Shown here: in pieces, positions 1 to 12,210 of the stretch
Numbering within the stretch: the first letter of the stretch is position 1
Layout: the number at the start of each line of letters is the position of its first letter
Source of the DNA: Chrysomallon squamiferum
Lineage: Eukaryota; Animalia; Mollusca
Assembly: GCA_012295275.1 (NCBI GenBank)
Contig: CM022678.1
Span: 3,782,001 to 3,846,000 of the forward strand
Length of the DNA: 64,000 nucleotides
Direction: 5' to 3'
Made by a program: the position numbers and the translations under genes
The notes under the pieces: model-generated
What the model saw: the letters and a program-made list of their open reading frames with translations, nothing else
Told to the model about the DNA's origin: nothing
Database searches by the model: none

Positions 1-22
1 CATACACGAAAGTTTTCAGGTT

Positions 23-436
23 CAAGAGCTGGGAAAAAAAAAAAAAATGGAGAAGAAATATTAAAAAGAAAATGTATGTATCAGTCAGTAGCTTTATGAT
101 GTATGGCCTAATATGACGACAGAGTAATGTATGGTTAAATTATTAAACTAATGTTCAACACATTTAACATATTTAATACATTATGATTATAATACTATTA
201 AAATAGATTTAACATTAAGTAAAGTTAATGATATTAATACAATAAAATCAGACTACAATAGAAAGTCAGAGTCAGAAAAAGAGAGAGAAAATAGCACAGT
301 AAATTAAAAAATTAAACTCTTACCACTGCCATCACTTTGAAAAATTGTGATAAAGGTGTTCACCTGAGCTTTTGCAAATTTGTGACTGACAGGCTCATCA
401 GAGGAAAAAAAACCAGATAGACAGACTCGTCATACA

Positions 437-474
<38 letters not shown>

Positions 475-1455
475 AGACAGACAGCTGGTTCAAGAGCTTC
501 CAGGATTTGAAGTGAGTAGTCTTTCTCCTCGCTGTCTTGCTGGTGTTGTCGACGTTGTCTGCAGGAAAACGTTGCAAACTTGAACTCACAGGTCAGCTGT
601 CCCTTCATGCTGAAGTCTTCCTTCCTTAACACTTCACGTGGCCCATACCTGTGAGAATAAAACAATACCTGTACAGGTGTAACAGAGTTGAACAGGATAC
701 ATGTAGGCCACATATCTGCCTGCAACCATTGCATGTAAACTATACAATAGAGGTAAATTCAAATACTAGTTGTGCAGGTGTAAAAACAGGACAAACTTCA
801 CAATCTACTTGAGTAAATTTGTAGGTTTAAATTCAAATAAAAGACTTGTTTATAATACTTACACATACACATAACTTTAGCATGGCTGATTTGTATATAA
901 TACTTACAAATATACATAACTTTAGTATGGCTGAATTGTGTATAATACTTACAAATATACATAACTTTAGTATGGTTTTGAGTACACTACATATATAACG
1001 TTAGTATGCATTTGTATGTATATATTTACATATATAAGTTTAGTATAATTTTGTTGTGTCTAATACATAAAGATATAGCTTCAGTATGGTTTTGCTGTGT
1101 ACAAAAACTACAATACAAATATAACTTTAGTACATTTTAACGAAATAGTTAAGAGGTTTCAGTTACAGAATTACCATTTACATTATTATAATGATTATTA
1201 CTATATTACTTTATTAATATTAGTCAAATATTAATACTCAGACTGTCAACAATTAAGTTAAAATGATCATCCCAATCTAATAATGATATGAATTAATGAT
1301 AATCCTTAATCTATCATTCTAATTTCTATGGTTCGAATACTCATAAAGGTTTGTTACGGATATCTTACATTTTCATCAATGACATCTGATTTTACAAATG
1401 TATACGGGTTTAATGTAACTTCAGGACCAGTTATTCGTCTCGTATCACTTTGCAT
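23..1455 (-). pseudogene. EXOSC6: Exosome component MTR3/EXOSC6, copy A (pseudogene; runs off the left edge)
   Basis: Exon 1 at 1455-1369 (MQSDTRRITGPEVTLNPYTFVKSDVIDEN|gtaag). Exon 4 at 648-~474 (YGPREVLRKEDFSMKGQLTCEFKFATFSC...LEALEPAVCL). Exon 5 at 385-324 (HKFAKAQVNTFITIFQSDGS|gtaag). Only 6 nt of exon 6 remain (28-23). These peptides match the Mtr3 RNase-PH fold from memory. Exons 2-3, present in copy B, are absent, so joining exon 1 (phase 0) to exon 4 (phase 2) frameshifts. Confidence 0.85.
850..1135 (-). repeat. Degenerate 45-bp tandem repeat derived from the EXOSC6 exon 3 donor region
   Basis: tataatacttac...ataactttag recurs at 851, 896 and 941, then decays. Its reverse complement (aaagttat...tgtaagtattata) resembles the exon 3 end of copy B (aaagttatacctgcagt|gtaagtattata). 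Confidence 0.7.
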
Positions 1456-1678
1456 GATTGTTCGATGTGTCTATCTACATCAAAAAATGTTTTACCACAT
1501 GGGAACAGCCATTACAATGTGTTCTCTAAAATTCCTCTGTCAAAAAGAGAGCTCCTTCTTATACTAATTTTCAGTAGTATAATTCCTCTATGAAAATTAA
1601 AGCACCTTCAATATAAGATTAAATGAAATCCAACTGTAAACCCATTTTGTCATGAAAATGACGACAATAGAAACATAA

Positions 1679-1711
<33 letters not shown>

Positions 1712-2172
1712 AATTAATCATAATAATAATTATAATAAAATAGAAAAAAAAACAATGAAAAGAATAACGATAGACAATTTAATTTTTTCATTGATAACAA
1801 TATTACCGTGTGTTATATTTATACACATATCCAAATACAAAATCTTATCACACAATTCAGTGCAGACGATTAAATAAAATATTAGTGTACACAGTAACAG
1901 ACGTACTCTTATCACGAACGAGTAAACAAAGGAAGAGAAAATCTGTCTTAGACAGTAATAGAAATATTTAGTGACGTGTGAGTCCAAAGTTTATCCACGA
2001 TCAAAATAATACTATCTGATTCTTTATCGTTCATAGCATTTAGTGATGAACATTTATTTCTTCCCGTGGCTAATATTTCAACATATTGATTTCCATCCAT
2101 TCTGTGTAGAAAATTGTCTAAATTATGTATATTCTTTTAACTTTTATTTTATTTGCTTCAATTCTGCTCTTG

Positions 2173-2224
<52 letters not shown>

Positions 2225-2295
2225 CCAGTAAATACTTTGAAATATTCCTGTCACACGCTAGTAATCACTTATTGAAAATGTCTGTGTAACTTTGA

Positions 2296-2598
2296 CTGGC
2301 AAGCTGCCAGATTTCTTTGTGTACTTATTTTTACGATCTACAAGACACAACACATACAAAGAATACGTAGCTACATGCTTTTCACATCTATAATTTGTGT
2401 GTGTGTGTGTGTGTGTTTAAAAGTATAATTTATCTATTCTTATAGCAGAAAAAGTAAGAGAAAAAATAAAAATAAAAAATAAAAATAAAATAAATACAAT
2501 AATTACAACAGAAATAATCAAGTCAATGCAGTGATACATATGTTTGCAAAAACTACAGTCGGTTCTGTATACTTATCGTTCTACTGGCAAGCTGCCAG
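2296..2598. promoter_or_regulatory. Two copies of the palindrome CTGGCAAGCTGCCAG (NFI-like TGGC-N5-GCCA) upstream of IAP1
   Basis: Identical 15-mers at 2296-2310 and 2584-2598 inside a local duplication; degenerate in the IAP2 paralog (~14563). Confidence 0.35.
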
Positions 2599-2807
2599 AA
2601 GCTAACTTCTGATTTCTATATTTACGACCGACATGTTCTGCGTTTTCAGTAACAGTCGGCGTTAAACAACAAACAAGTCACAGCATATACAAAGAGTACG
2701 TATCTTTATACCTACCTTCCTTCATACTGGTCAAACACATACACAAACACTCACACACACAAACACATATATACATTCATATATATATACACACACAAAA
2801 TACACAA

Positions 2808-2869
<62 letters not shown>

Positions 2870-2911
2870 CATTCTTATGCTCATTGTTCATGTATATTGT
2901 TTATTTTATAT

Positions 2912-2942
<31 letters not shown>

Positions 2943-2964
2943 TAAAACCAAACAAGAAACTGTA

Positions 2965-4002
2965 ATGACAGAAGCCAGTGATTCCTCTTCTTCTTCAGTA
3001 AACGGTGTCACAGAAGCAGACAAAATAAAACTGCGGTATGCTACATACAGAGGTTGGAATCGGAAAGAACTTGCTCTCAAGCTAGCTATATCCGGATTTC
3101 GGTATACTGGTAACGGTGACAAAGTGAAATGTGAAACTTGTGGCGTTCAAGTAGACAAGTGGTTGCCGTCATACGACGCCATTGAAACACATCGCAAACA
3201 CTCCCCGAACTGTTCTTATATTAATAAGTGGTTTGTCGGGAAAAACCAGACGACAGCTGAAGGTAGTAGAAACGATGTGGAGACGAAAATTCCTCCGAAA
3301 TACCCGTTATACGAGAACTACCAAAACAGGCTAGACAGTTATTTTGGGTGGCCGCTAAAATACGAACACCAAAGTCCCTCGTCCATGGCGGCAGAGGGTT
3401 TTTTCTACTTGGGATCTGCGGACAGAGCAAGATGTTTCCAGTGTGGTATCACTCTACGAGACTGGGACGAAGATGATTTTCCATTGGACGCCCACGTCAC
3501 GTGGTCTCCCGACTGCCAGTTTGCTCAGCAGAGACAAGAACTAGCCACGCGAGAAGTGTCACCTGATTGTGATGAGACAAAAGCAGGCTGCAACAAAATG
3601 TCTAACGCAAATGATGAAAAGAAAAACAAAGGACAGCATTCTGAAAGGAAAAGCGGAAACGCCTTTGAAAAAGGAAACACTGAAGCAGATGCGATTCTAG
3701 ATGTGCTTTGTGATGGAGGAAATAGAAACACGAACGAATCATCTGTGGAAGTAAGAACTATCACCGGTGTACCTAACGACGACACAGAAACTGATGGCGC
3801 AGTCGGGGGCATACGTAACGATGATGACGTCATATCGGGCGTGCGCAGTACGATAATAGACGCTGTTCTAGAGTTTGGATGCAGCATAGAAAGTGTAAGG
3901 AAGGCAATTCAGCTAGAGAGACAGAGAAACGGGAAGGATTTTCCTGATGCACAATCACTGTTTGCAGCAATACTGGAAACTGAAGAATCAGATAATTGTT
4001 GA
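2965..4002 (+). CDS. Inhibitor of apoptosis protein IAP1 (BIR-BIR-UBA-like, no RING), 345 aa, single coding exon
   Basis: Two C-x2-C-x16-H-x6-C BIR motifs (CETC...H...C and CFQC...H...C) and a C-terminal cIAP-type UBA-like segment (AVLEFGCSIESVRKAI...FPDAQSLFAAIL). True start MTEASD inferred from paralogs; the longer ORF start is (AT)n noise. Confidence 0.92.
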   Translation: MTEASDSSSSSVNGVTEADKIKLRYATYRGWNRKELALKLAISGFRYTGNGDKVKCETCGVQVDKWLPSYDAIETHRKHSPNCSYINKWFVGKNQTTAEGSRNDVETKIPPKYPLYENYQNRLDSYFGWPLKYEHQSPSSMAAEGFFYLGSADRARCFQCGITLRDWDEDDFPLDAHVTWSPDCQFAQQRQELATREVSPDCDETKAGCNKMSNANDEKKNKGQHSERKSGNAFEKGNTEADAILDVLCDGGNRNTNESSVEVRTITGVPNDDTETDGAVGGIRNDDDVISGVRSTIIDAVLEFGCSIESVRKAIQLERQRNGKDFPDAQSLFAAILETEESDNC

Positions 4003-4709
4003 TATAATATATACACATAAACGCAATTTTCTCTTGGATATAGAAAACTTATACTGAAGTTGATGCTTTTGCATTAATGGCCATTGACATCAAGATTTGC
4101 ATAATGATTTTTGGAAATCGGTGGCAAAATCACATGTTATATACATACTGAACCGTAAGGTGATATCTCTCGATCTGGATGTCGTCTTGCAATAAAGACA
4201 TTAGTTTTCATCGACAGAAACTATACAATACAAAAGAGCCCTACCCATCCTACAAAGATTGTGTCGTATCTTGTCTAGGGAAACTACCATAACTGTAATC
4301 ATAATTCTAACTCTTGTGAGGCCGTGACTGTTATGATGTTCTCATAAAGGAAACTAGGTGCCCACCAGTGTGGTGTCCCAAGACTTAAATGGGAACTTCT
4401 CCTACAACATTTGTCTTGGCCAGAATGCAGACGACATTAATTAAAAGGTAAATTGTTTAAAAGGACTTCGTTCTCTATGAAACACTGTCAGAACTGGGAA
4501 TATAAGTGAAAACAGTAAGTTATTAAAATACTTTTAAAATTCTTAACAAAATAGAAGTGCCCAAATTACTATGCCTCGAAGGGCTCTTCGGAAAAAAAGA
4601 TTGGCGTCTCTGGCTTCAGCAACCTACAAGTTTGAAGTTGTTAAAAATGTAAATAACAATTATAAGAAAGATATTGCACTATTGTGTTGTATATAGATTT
4701 TTGAAATAT

Positions 4710-5320
4710 TTTGTGATAGCATTTCTTTTTCTTTTATGAGACATTTTAAAAGCATCTGTGATAATTATATATATTTTTCTTTTATGACAAATTTTAAATT
4801 GATCTGTGATAACTGTATTATTTTTCTTTTATGAGAAATTATAAATTTATCTGTGATAATTGTTTTTATTTTTCTTTTATGATATATTTTAAAAATATCT
4901 TTGATAATTATATTTATTTTCCTTTTATGAGAAATTTTAAAAGTATCTGTGATAATTTTATTTAGTTTTCTTTTATGTGAAATTTTAAATGTATCTATGA
5001 TCAATATATTTGTTCTGTCATATTCTCTCTGTTTTGTATGAGAAATTTTAAAGCATTTGTGATAAATATATTTCTTTTGTGATAATATATTTCTTCTGTG
5101 ATAATTATATTTCTGTTTTTATGAGAAATTTTAAAGAATCTGTGATAATTGTATTTATTTTTCCTTTATGAGAAAATTTAAAAATATCTGTGATAAATAT
5201 ATTTAGGTTCAATATATTGTGTGTATGTGATTTAGATTTGATCCACATTTGAGTTAGAATGTTTTAAGAAACTACTGCATTTTATAAGAATTTTTAAAAT
5301 ATCTGTGATAATTATATTTA
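4710..5320. repeat. 48-bp AT-rich minisatellite
   Basis: atctgtgataatt recurs at 4754, 4802, 4849, 4897, 4945, 4993 and onward; it explains the spurious 16-aa-periodic ORF at 4765-5004. Confidence 0.85.
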
Positions 5321-5775
5321 TTATTCAATATAGTATGTGTGTGTCATTTAGATTTCACCCATATTTGATTTTAATGTTTCTTAAAAATAGTTCACCTTAT
5401 AATTATATTAAAAGTAACTGTGAAAACATTCAGTGTTTCCTTGAGGTTTGTTAAATAGATAAACTATATATATATATATATTGTTCTGCATCTACGAGTA
5501 AGAAATATGACCAGTTCTAGGTTGTAAATTGTGTGAATAAGTGGGCTGAAGGCAAATGAGTGCTGTCATTTGAAAGTAATATTGAATCTGGTACCCATAT
5601 TGTTTACTCAAAAAGATTACAGATACCTTTGAAGATCTTGATTATTTACCTGGAAAAATGAGCATAAAACGTAAGGACGATAATCATTTAGTGTATGCAG
5701 TGCATCTGAAATTTATCACAAAATGATTCAGTCATTGTTCGAACACAAAGATGGAGTTCATAGAGCTATATATGA

Positions 5776-5815
<40 letters not shown>

Positions 5816-6956
5816 GCTATAGCTATAGTTTTAAAAGGTTGTTGTTCAAGAGGTATTTATAATCCGCTAACGTTATGTTTTTGAGATAACTTACAGATAA
5901 AAAAACAAAACACATGAAATGCATATAAAATAAACATCTGACTACGTGAAAACGTGACCATGGGTATAATTAACGTGTCACTGATACCTGTGTACAAAGG
6001 TCAAGGAGATACAACAATTGGTTTATTTATAAAATAATTCGAAGCTTTAGCATTGAAATTGACTTACAAACACTCATAGCTCTTGCCACTTGTGGTTGTG
6101 ATATTCCCGTTTGGTGACACCCAGGTGAATAAACTACAACAAACATCATCGCCGAAGGTAAACACGCATGTGATTTTTGTTCGAAAGATCAGGTAATAAA
6201 TAACTTTTCTTTCGTTTCGTAGAGCAGTAATAAACAGACGTAATTTGGAGCAATTTTATAAAATAGATTTAGAAGCAAATTGATGAATAAGAAGAAAATA
6301 GTGATGATAGAAGAAAAAGGTAAATAATAATAATAATAATAATAATAATAAAGATAAGAATAAATATAAACAAATACAACAGTGAAGTAAATAAACTGAA
6401 AAACAATTATTTGTAATTTGCTATAATTTGTTGAAACATTTTAAAGATTGATTGCTTACTTCATTTTGTCAAACTGTCATTGATGTTGTAGCTGTTGTTG
6501 CTGTTTTATTTCTTCTTCTTTATCGTCTTGTTCTTACTACTACTACTACTATTTGTATTATTCATTGAATAATAAGTACTATTATTTTCCTTATTATAAT
6601 TGCTCTTTGTTTTTAAGTAGTATTATTGCTATTATTTTCTCTCTTTTTATGTGATGTCTTCTATTCAGTAATCTGCGATTGATAATGAACGTTAGAAGAT
6701 GTTGAAAATGTTAATGAGATTTCAGACATTCATTAACACATTTCTTTTGTTTCTTTTTGTTTTCTTTTTTTTTTTCAGTTTAGCTGTATGTTGTTTGTTT
6801 CTTTTAAATATTGCTTTAAATTTATGTGTAATTATCTTCGTTTTTCAGTTGATTATCTATTGCATTTTATTTCACGGTAAGAAGAAGGTGTTTCTCAGCT
6901 CCAAAGTGAACGTTTTTATCAACTTCTTGAATTAGACAGAACACACAGATACAGCT

Positions 6957-9418
6957 ATGAACAGTCAATCTGTGATGGCTGAAAGGTCTGCTGTTTCTCA
7001 TATTAATATTAAACCGGAACACGTGACTTGTGAGATATGTTTGAAGTGTTTCGATGACAACGAAAAGTTACCCAGAACACTTCCCTGTCACCATTCCTTC
7101 TGCACACAGTGTCTGACCTCTGTCTGGGGCAGATCGACAGACGGAGTGACCTGTCCGAAATGTCAGGTTTTTTGTCGTGTGAAAGGATCAGTCGACTCAA
7201 GTATTGCAGTGAGTGGTATGCTGAAAGGCATGACAGAGTACTTGCTACTGAAGAACAAGCCTGAACAAATCAGATGTCACGAATGTCCTGATAACCAGAA
7301 CGCAGCAGTTCGCTGTGTCAACTGTCGAGAGTTTATGTGTTCATTCTGTGCCAAATATCACAAGAAATTTGCAGGCACAAAACAACACAAAACAGTTTCT
7401 CTCTCAGAGCTGGTAGAAATGCCAGCAGAAGAATTTTTCCATGAAAAAGAATCGTGTGAGATCCACCCTCACATGACGATTGACTTGTTCTGTGAAACAT
7501 GTACAAAAGCAGTGTGTTCGTCGTGCACTCTAATTCACCATAAAGACCACAACATAGACGACCTCAACAGTGTCTACATAAAGAAACAAGAACTTATTTC
7601 AACTGCTTTGAGCAGTTTACAGAAATCAACGAAACAGAACGAAGGATATCGAGCAACTCTGAAATCAGACAACACTAAACTAGGAGAGATTGAGGTATCG
7701 GTGGAAAAATGTGTGACACAAATAAAAAAAGTGTCAGAAGATCAGAAAGAGGAAGTCAGAGCCAATGTAGCGAAACAAAAAGCAGTGACTGATGAAAAGT
7801 TAAAGATGATTGGTCAGCTTGAGTTTGTCAGAGCAGATCACGTGACTCTCTGTCAGCAGACAATGCAATTCGCATGACAGACTGAGTTTATTAATATGTC
7901 TGAAGATCTTGAAAGTAAAACAAAGTCATTGTTAAAAAATACACATATAGTTGATATTCCATTAGAAGAAATTCCCCGGGATGACATATTTTTTATATTA
8001 GAGAAGCTGTTTGCAGAAAGACCTGAAGGAAAATTGTTTATCGTCGAAGAGTCAGGTATGTTTGTGCAAAATATGATAAGCAGTAAAATAACAGTTTTTC
8101 CGTGATTCTATTTTGCAGTGTGCAAGTTTGTGTTTGTGTTTGTATGTGTGTGTGTGTGCTGCTATGATTCAAGTGTTTTCGTTATTTATATAACTGTCTA
8201 TATGTGCTATAACAGGTTATATTTTCTAAAGTAAATATTTATCATGATTATTAAACATGTTGTGTGTTGACTATTTGCTTATATACTTGTAGTATCAGAC
8301 GATACGAAGACGAGAATGATTCTAATTCAAACTGAACAAGGACGGTTTTCCAAAGTTTTGTGTACGTAACTTGTAATAATAATAATAATAATAATAACAA
8401 ATTAATAATAATAATGACTTCTAATCTAAACATTCAGTAAGATAGCACAGTGGTGTTACATTCAGAGATACTCGCAGACTTATAGATGTATATTCACATT
8501 TTATTTTATTTTAATTTTTTTTGTTTATATTTTCTTTAAACTGAATATGTTTCAATAAATATATGCGTAAATACAGAAATATACATACATATATGCAGAA
8601 CTATTATCATTAATGCAAACATTGCTTGGTTACTTATTTACTTACTGAATCTGTTATTTACTTATTTACTTACTTACTTATTGACTGACAGTTTTTTTTT
8701 TCTTGTTTGGTGTTTTACTTACTTGTGTCATTTCATTTCGTTTGATTTTATTTCATTTTATTTAAATTAAACTAAATTAAATACATTTTTTGCAGTACCT
8801 ACTCTAACAGTGGAAAAATCGAGTTGTTTCAGTCATATAATATTCAAGTCTCCCGTTTGGCATAGCACAAATTCTCTGAGTACCGTCACACCAACATACT
8901 ACGAGACAGAGTGTGTGGTAACAGAACGTCAGACAGGGTGTACGATGACACAACAACAAAGAAGAGAGCGTTGTAAAGTAGCAGATCTTGGTCTGTGGCC
9001 TAACTACCATTCTGATGATGCTAGGCATGTTAGTGAATGTGAACTAGCAACATATGCCGAAGTGTTCCTAAACACTGATAACAGTTTTTACTTAAGTATT
9101 TATTCTCCAACAAAGGCTGTGTTTAGGAGTCCTATGACTGGACACACACACAACTCTGCAATAACACTAACTCTGGGCTTGTTTGTAAACACTACATATA
9201 ACAGTTTACACATCATTGACGTTAAACAGAAGAAAGTGTTTCACTCAATCCGCGATCTTGATCTGTCAAAACCGATGTTGCCAGTGTTTGAGGTGAGGAA
9301 TTCTGACTGTTTGAATATCGACGTAAAGATGATTCCTGGTGATAACATTTCACTGAACACCGACGGTCTGACATTGATGTCCAATTTATTGACTGGAAAA
9401 CAGAAGAAAAAAAATTAA
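6957..9418 (+). pseudogene. TRIM1: RING-Bbox1-Bbox2-coiled coil (exon 6957-8055) + SPRY/B30.2-like exon (8796-9418), with a premature stop at 7875-7877
   Basis: C3HC4 RING (CEIC...CHHSFCTQC...CPKC) and two B-boxes. TGA where the paralog has CGA, and the frame continues to donor tcag|gtatgt. Acceptor tgcag|ta at 8796 is phase-compatible. The last exon has a SPRY-like pattern (YYETEC...LGLFVNT...LHIID...KPMLPVF). Confidence 0.85.
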
Positions 9419-10733
9419 TAGTTGAAAAAGCAGCTATCTCCCTCTTTTGAAGTTGTCATGTCTGTTTGTATTTATCTTTATTGACAGTCACATACTGTTT
9501 ATATTTAGTCACTCAGTAAACATCGTCAGTTTTACTGGACTGAGTATTAGTTATTTGGATAAAACAAAAACAAAAACATCCTATGTTCATCCTATTGAAA
9601 ACAATTCATTTTATATTTTATTAAAACACTGATGTCATTTTAAATAGCTGTTATATATATATATATATATATATTGATTCTTTATTGATCTCTAATTAAA
9701 ATACTGTAACGATATAAAGTTTGTTTGATGTGTGTAATGAAAGAACATGTCCTTGTTCATCCATTGTTTACTATAATGTTTTGAAAACTAAGATAAAAAA
9801 GAAATTATGGAAGAATAAAATTATGTAAATGATAAAGAAATGGATCATATGATTTTAAAAATATAAAATTCTTTTAAAATTCGTAAATCTGTAGTTAAAA
9901 ATAATAAAATAAAATAAAATAAAAATAAATAAATAAAAATTGATGTCGATATAAATCTGTACATAACTTTGATTGCACCTAATTAGTGAAATTCATTACA
10001 TTTTGTTTGTAATTCTTTATAATAAAAATAAATTATTATTAACCAAAATATGAGACTGTTTTTATTATTACTGTTTATGATTAATCTTTCATCATCTTTT
10101 CATCTTCGTCTTCTTCTATTGTTGCCGCTTCTACTGCAGTCCGAATAGATATGTAAAAATATTTTCTTTCTGTGTTTTTTCCTTTACATACACAGTTGTT
10201 GACCTGCGGATCAGTAAAATATTACTGAAATAACTGGTCATATTTAGAGAAGCGACTGAGGTGAACATGCTGCCAAAACATATTCAGTTGACTGAATAAA
10301 AAGCTTTATTATACACTTATTAAATAATTGGGGTCACATCTTTCCATCCCTCCCCCACCCTGAATGAGATTTATTATTTCAGTCATTGAACCAGGACTGA
10401 TACATCGAAGTATATATTTAACAAAAACAAACAAATTAAGGCAAAAATTCGCAAGTTTTATTTCATCAATTTGTTTTAAGGATATCACAAAATGGAGGTG
10501 ACGGTGAACGAATTGGTGCTACGATGAGGCAGTTTATTGTTTCAGTCATTGAACCACAGTGATATATCCAAGTTCGTAAATGTATATTTTTAAATTTGTT
10601 TTTAGGATCTTATAAAATGGGGTGAAGGTTGTTTCGTTTTGATATCAAATTGTTGAAATTTTCTTGTACTCTGAGCTGAGTGTGGAGATCAGTAACATCT
10701 CTTTTCTTTATAAGTGACATTCTAACAAATGTT

Positions 10734-10736
<3 letters not shown>

Positions 10737-10803
<67 letters not shown>
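10737..10803. repeat. (AG)n microsatellite, representative of many (AG)n, (CA)n, (AT)n, (AAT)n and (ACT)n tracts
   Basis: Read directly. Other tracts near 437, 2174, 11325, 13277, 13609, 13843, 19466, 21431, 24062, 26343, 28601, 46194, 47821, 48877, 55128, 57412 and 63137. Confidence 0.95.
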
Positions 10804-10809
<6 letters not shown>

Positions 10810-11109
10810 CGTTGAAAGTAGTTTCTCTTTATTATTTTTAAAGCAATACAAATTAAATAAACAGGTAATAAACAGGTAACATAAATAATAAACATACACA
10901 CGAATAATAATAATAATAATAAAAATAAATAAAGAAAGAAAAACACTGCAGTTACATATATATATACACACACACATACACACAATTATGATGATGATGA
11001 TGATAATAATAATAATAATAACAATAACACACGTAAATAAATAAATAACACCGGAAAAATAGAAACTTGTGTGATCTTGCTGTTCAGATGTGCTGCTGTA
11101 TACCTTTTA

Positions 11110-11317
11110 TAATATTGTGCTAGTCAACAAAGTAAAATGTATCGATCTGCGAATCCAAAGTGAGCTAAGACTTTTTATTTTGTATTTGTAGAAGCAGCAG
11201 AAAAGGTCGTAGCAAAATACTGTGTAAAATGTCTGTGACAAGCTGAAAACAGAAAATGGTAGATTTATCAGAAAGTTCATAAAAAATATTCTTTCAGTAA
11301 TAATAGTAATAATAAAT

Positions 11318-11390
<73 letters not shown>

Positions 11391-11640
11391 AAGAAGAAGA
11401 AGAAAATCCAACTGAATAATAACAGTTAAAATATGTCCAAAGTTGAATTAAATTGGTTTTCATTGCCAATAACACAGGATTATTACAGCTTCCTATAAAA
11501 TTTGCAAATCTGACATCCATGAGAAGCAGAGGGTCACCAACCAAGCGAGAGAAACTACATTTTTATAAGAGGGAACTGGAGGATGCTGATGTTTCTGCTT
11601 TTACCAGCATAAAAATGTGTCAACACTTGGTGGTGTGAAG
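11110..11640 (+). pseudogene. Unidentified degenerate spliced gene remnant convergent with EXOSC6 (paralog at 62290-62745)
   Basis: Higher-complexity blocks conserved in both copies, with a donor (atccaaa|gtgagc), a short pyrimidine-rich intron and shared peptides (VKCIDL.IQ, AE..VAKYCVK, KFANLTS.R.RGSP). Stops differ between copies. Confidence 0.35.
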
Positions 11641-12210
11641 GAATGAATGATACTGAGTATTTGGTGCTTGTACACACACACAGACAGACAAATATACAGA
11701 TGCATAGACATACTTAAAAAAAAACTGTCACACACACAGATATACAAACATACGCAAGTTCGCTGGTCTGAAGCAATGAATGATGCCGAGTGTTTGGCAC
11801 TTTTTCAGACATACACAGACAGACAAATGTATAGACAAATATCCAGACATAGTCATAGACAAATCTACAGACAAGATACAGATTCCTGTCTAATTAATAC
11901 ATAGGTATGAAAAAATACACACAGAAACAGAAAGTTACATTATATATGAAAAATATCTAAACAAATAATAATAATAATAATGTTTTTACTCACTCAAACA
12001 TCCCTGAATCAAAGGTAATTTAAAAAACAAAATAAAAACACTTTAAGCTCATAATAAAAAGAGGTTATCAATAGTACAAATTACATTTCAGGATTAGAGC
12101 CTTTGAACACAGCCCAACCCCCCCCCACTCATGTGTGTCTGTGACTTCACTTAAACATGGAATCTCACTATTGTAACAAGAAATTCATTTTGACAAACAG
12201 AAGTTCTATT

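Larger units (their letters stand above)
1680..9420 (+). repeat. Segmental duplication unit 1 (IAP + TRIM cassette); direct paralog of ~13980-20760
   Basis: Colinear intergenic, CDS, minisatellite and intron sequence, e.g. 1850-1995 vs 14180-14320 and 6040-6650 vs 17385-17990. Confidence 0.9.

Noticed and set aside
2818-2964. N-terminal extension of IAP1 (MYIYIYI...)
   Set aside because: Translation of (AT)n microsatellite; paralogs start at MTE/MAE.
2965-4002. Viral (baculovirus/herpesvirus-like) origin of the intronless IAPs
   Set aside because: No viral genes nearby; the paralogs have spliceosomal 5' UTR introns and a cellular UBA-like domain.
4055-4660. Possible transposon or RING-exon remnant downstream of IAP1
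   Set aside because: No Cys/His RING pattern, open frame or TIR recognised.
4765-5004. Lys/Ile-rich repeat protein (also 16367-16597)
   Set aside because: Translation of the 48-bp minisatellite.
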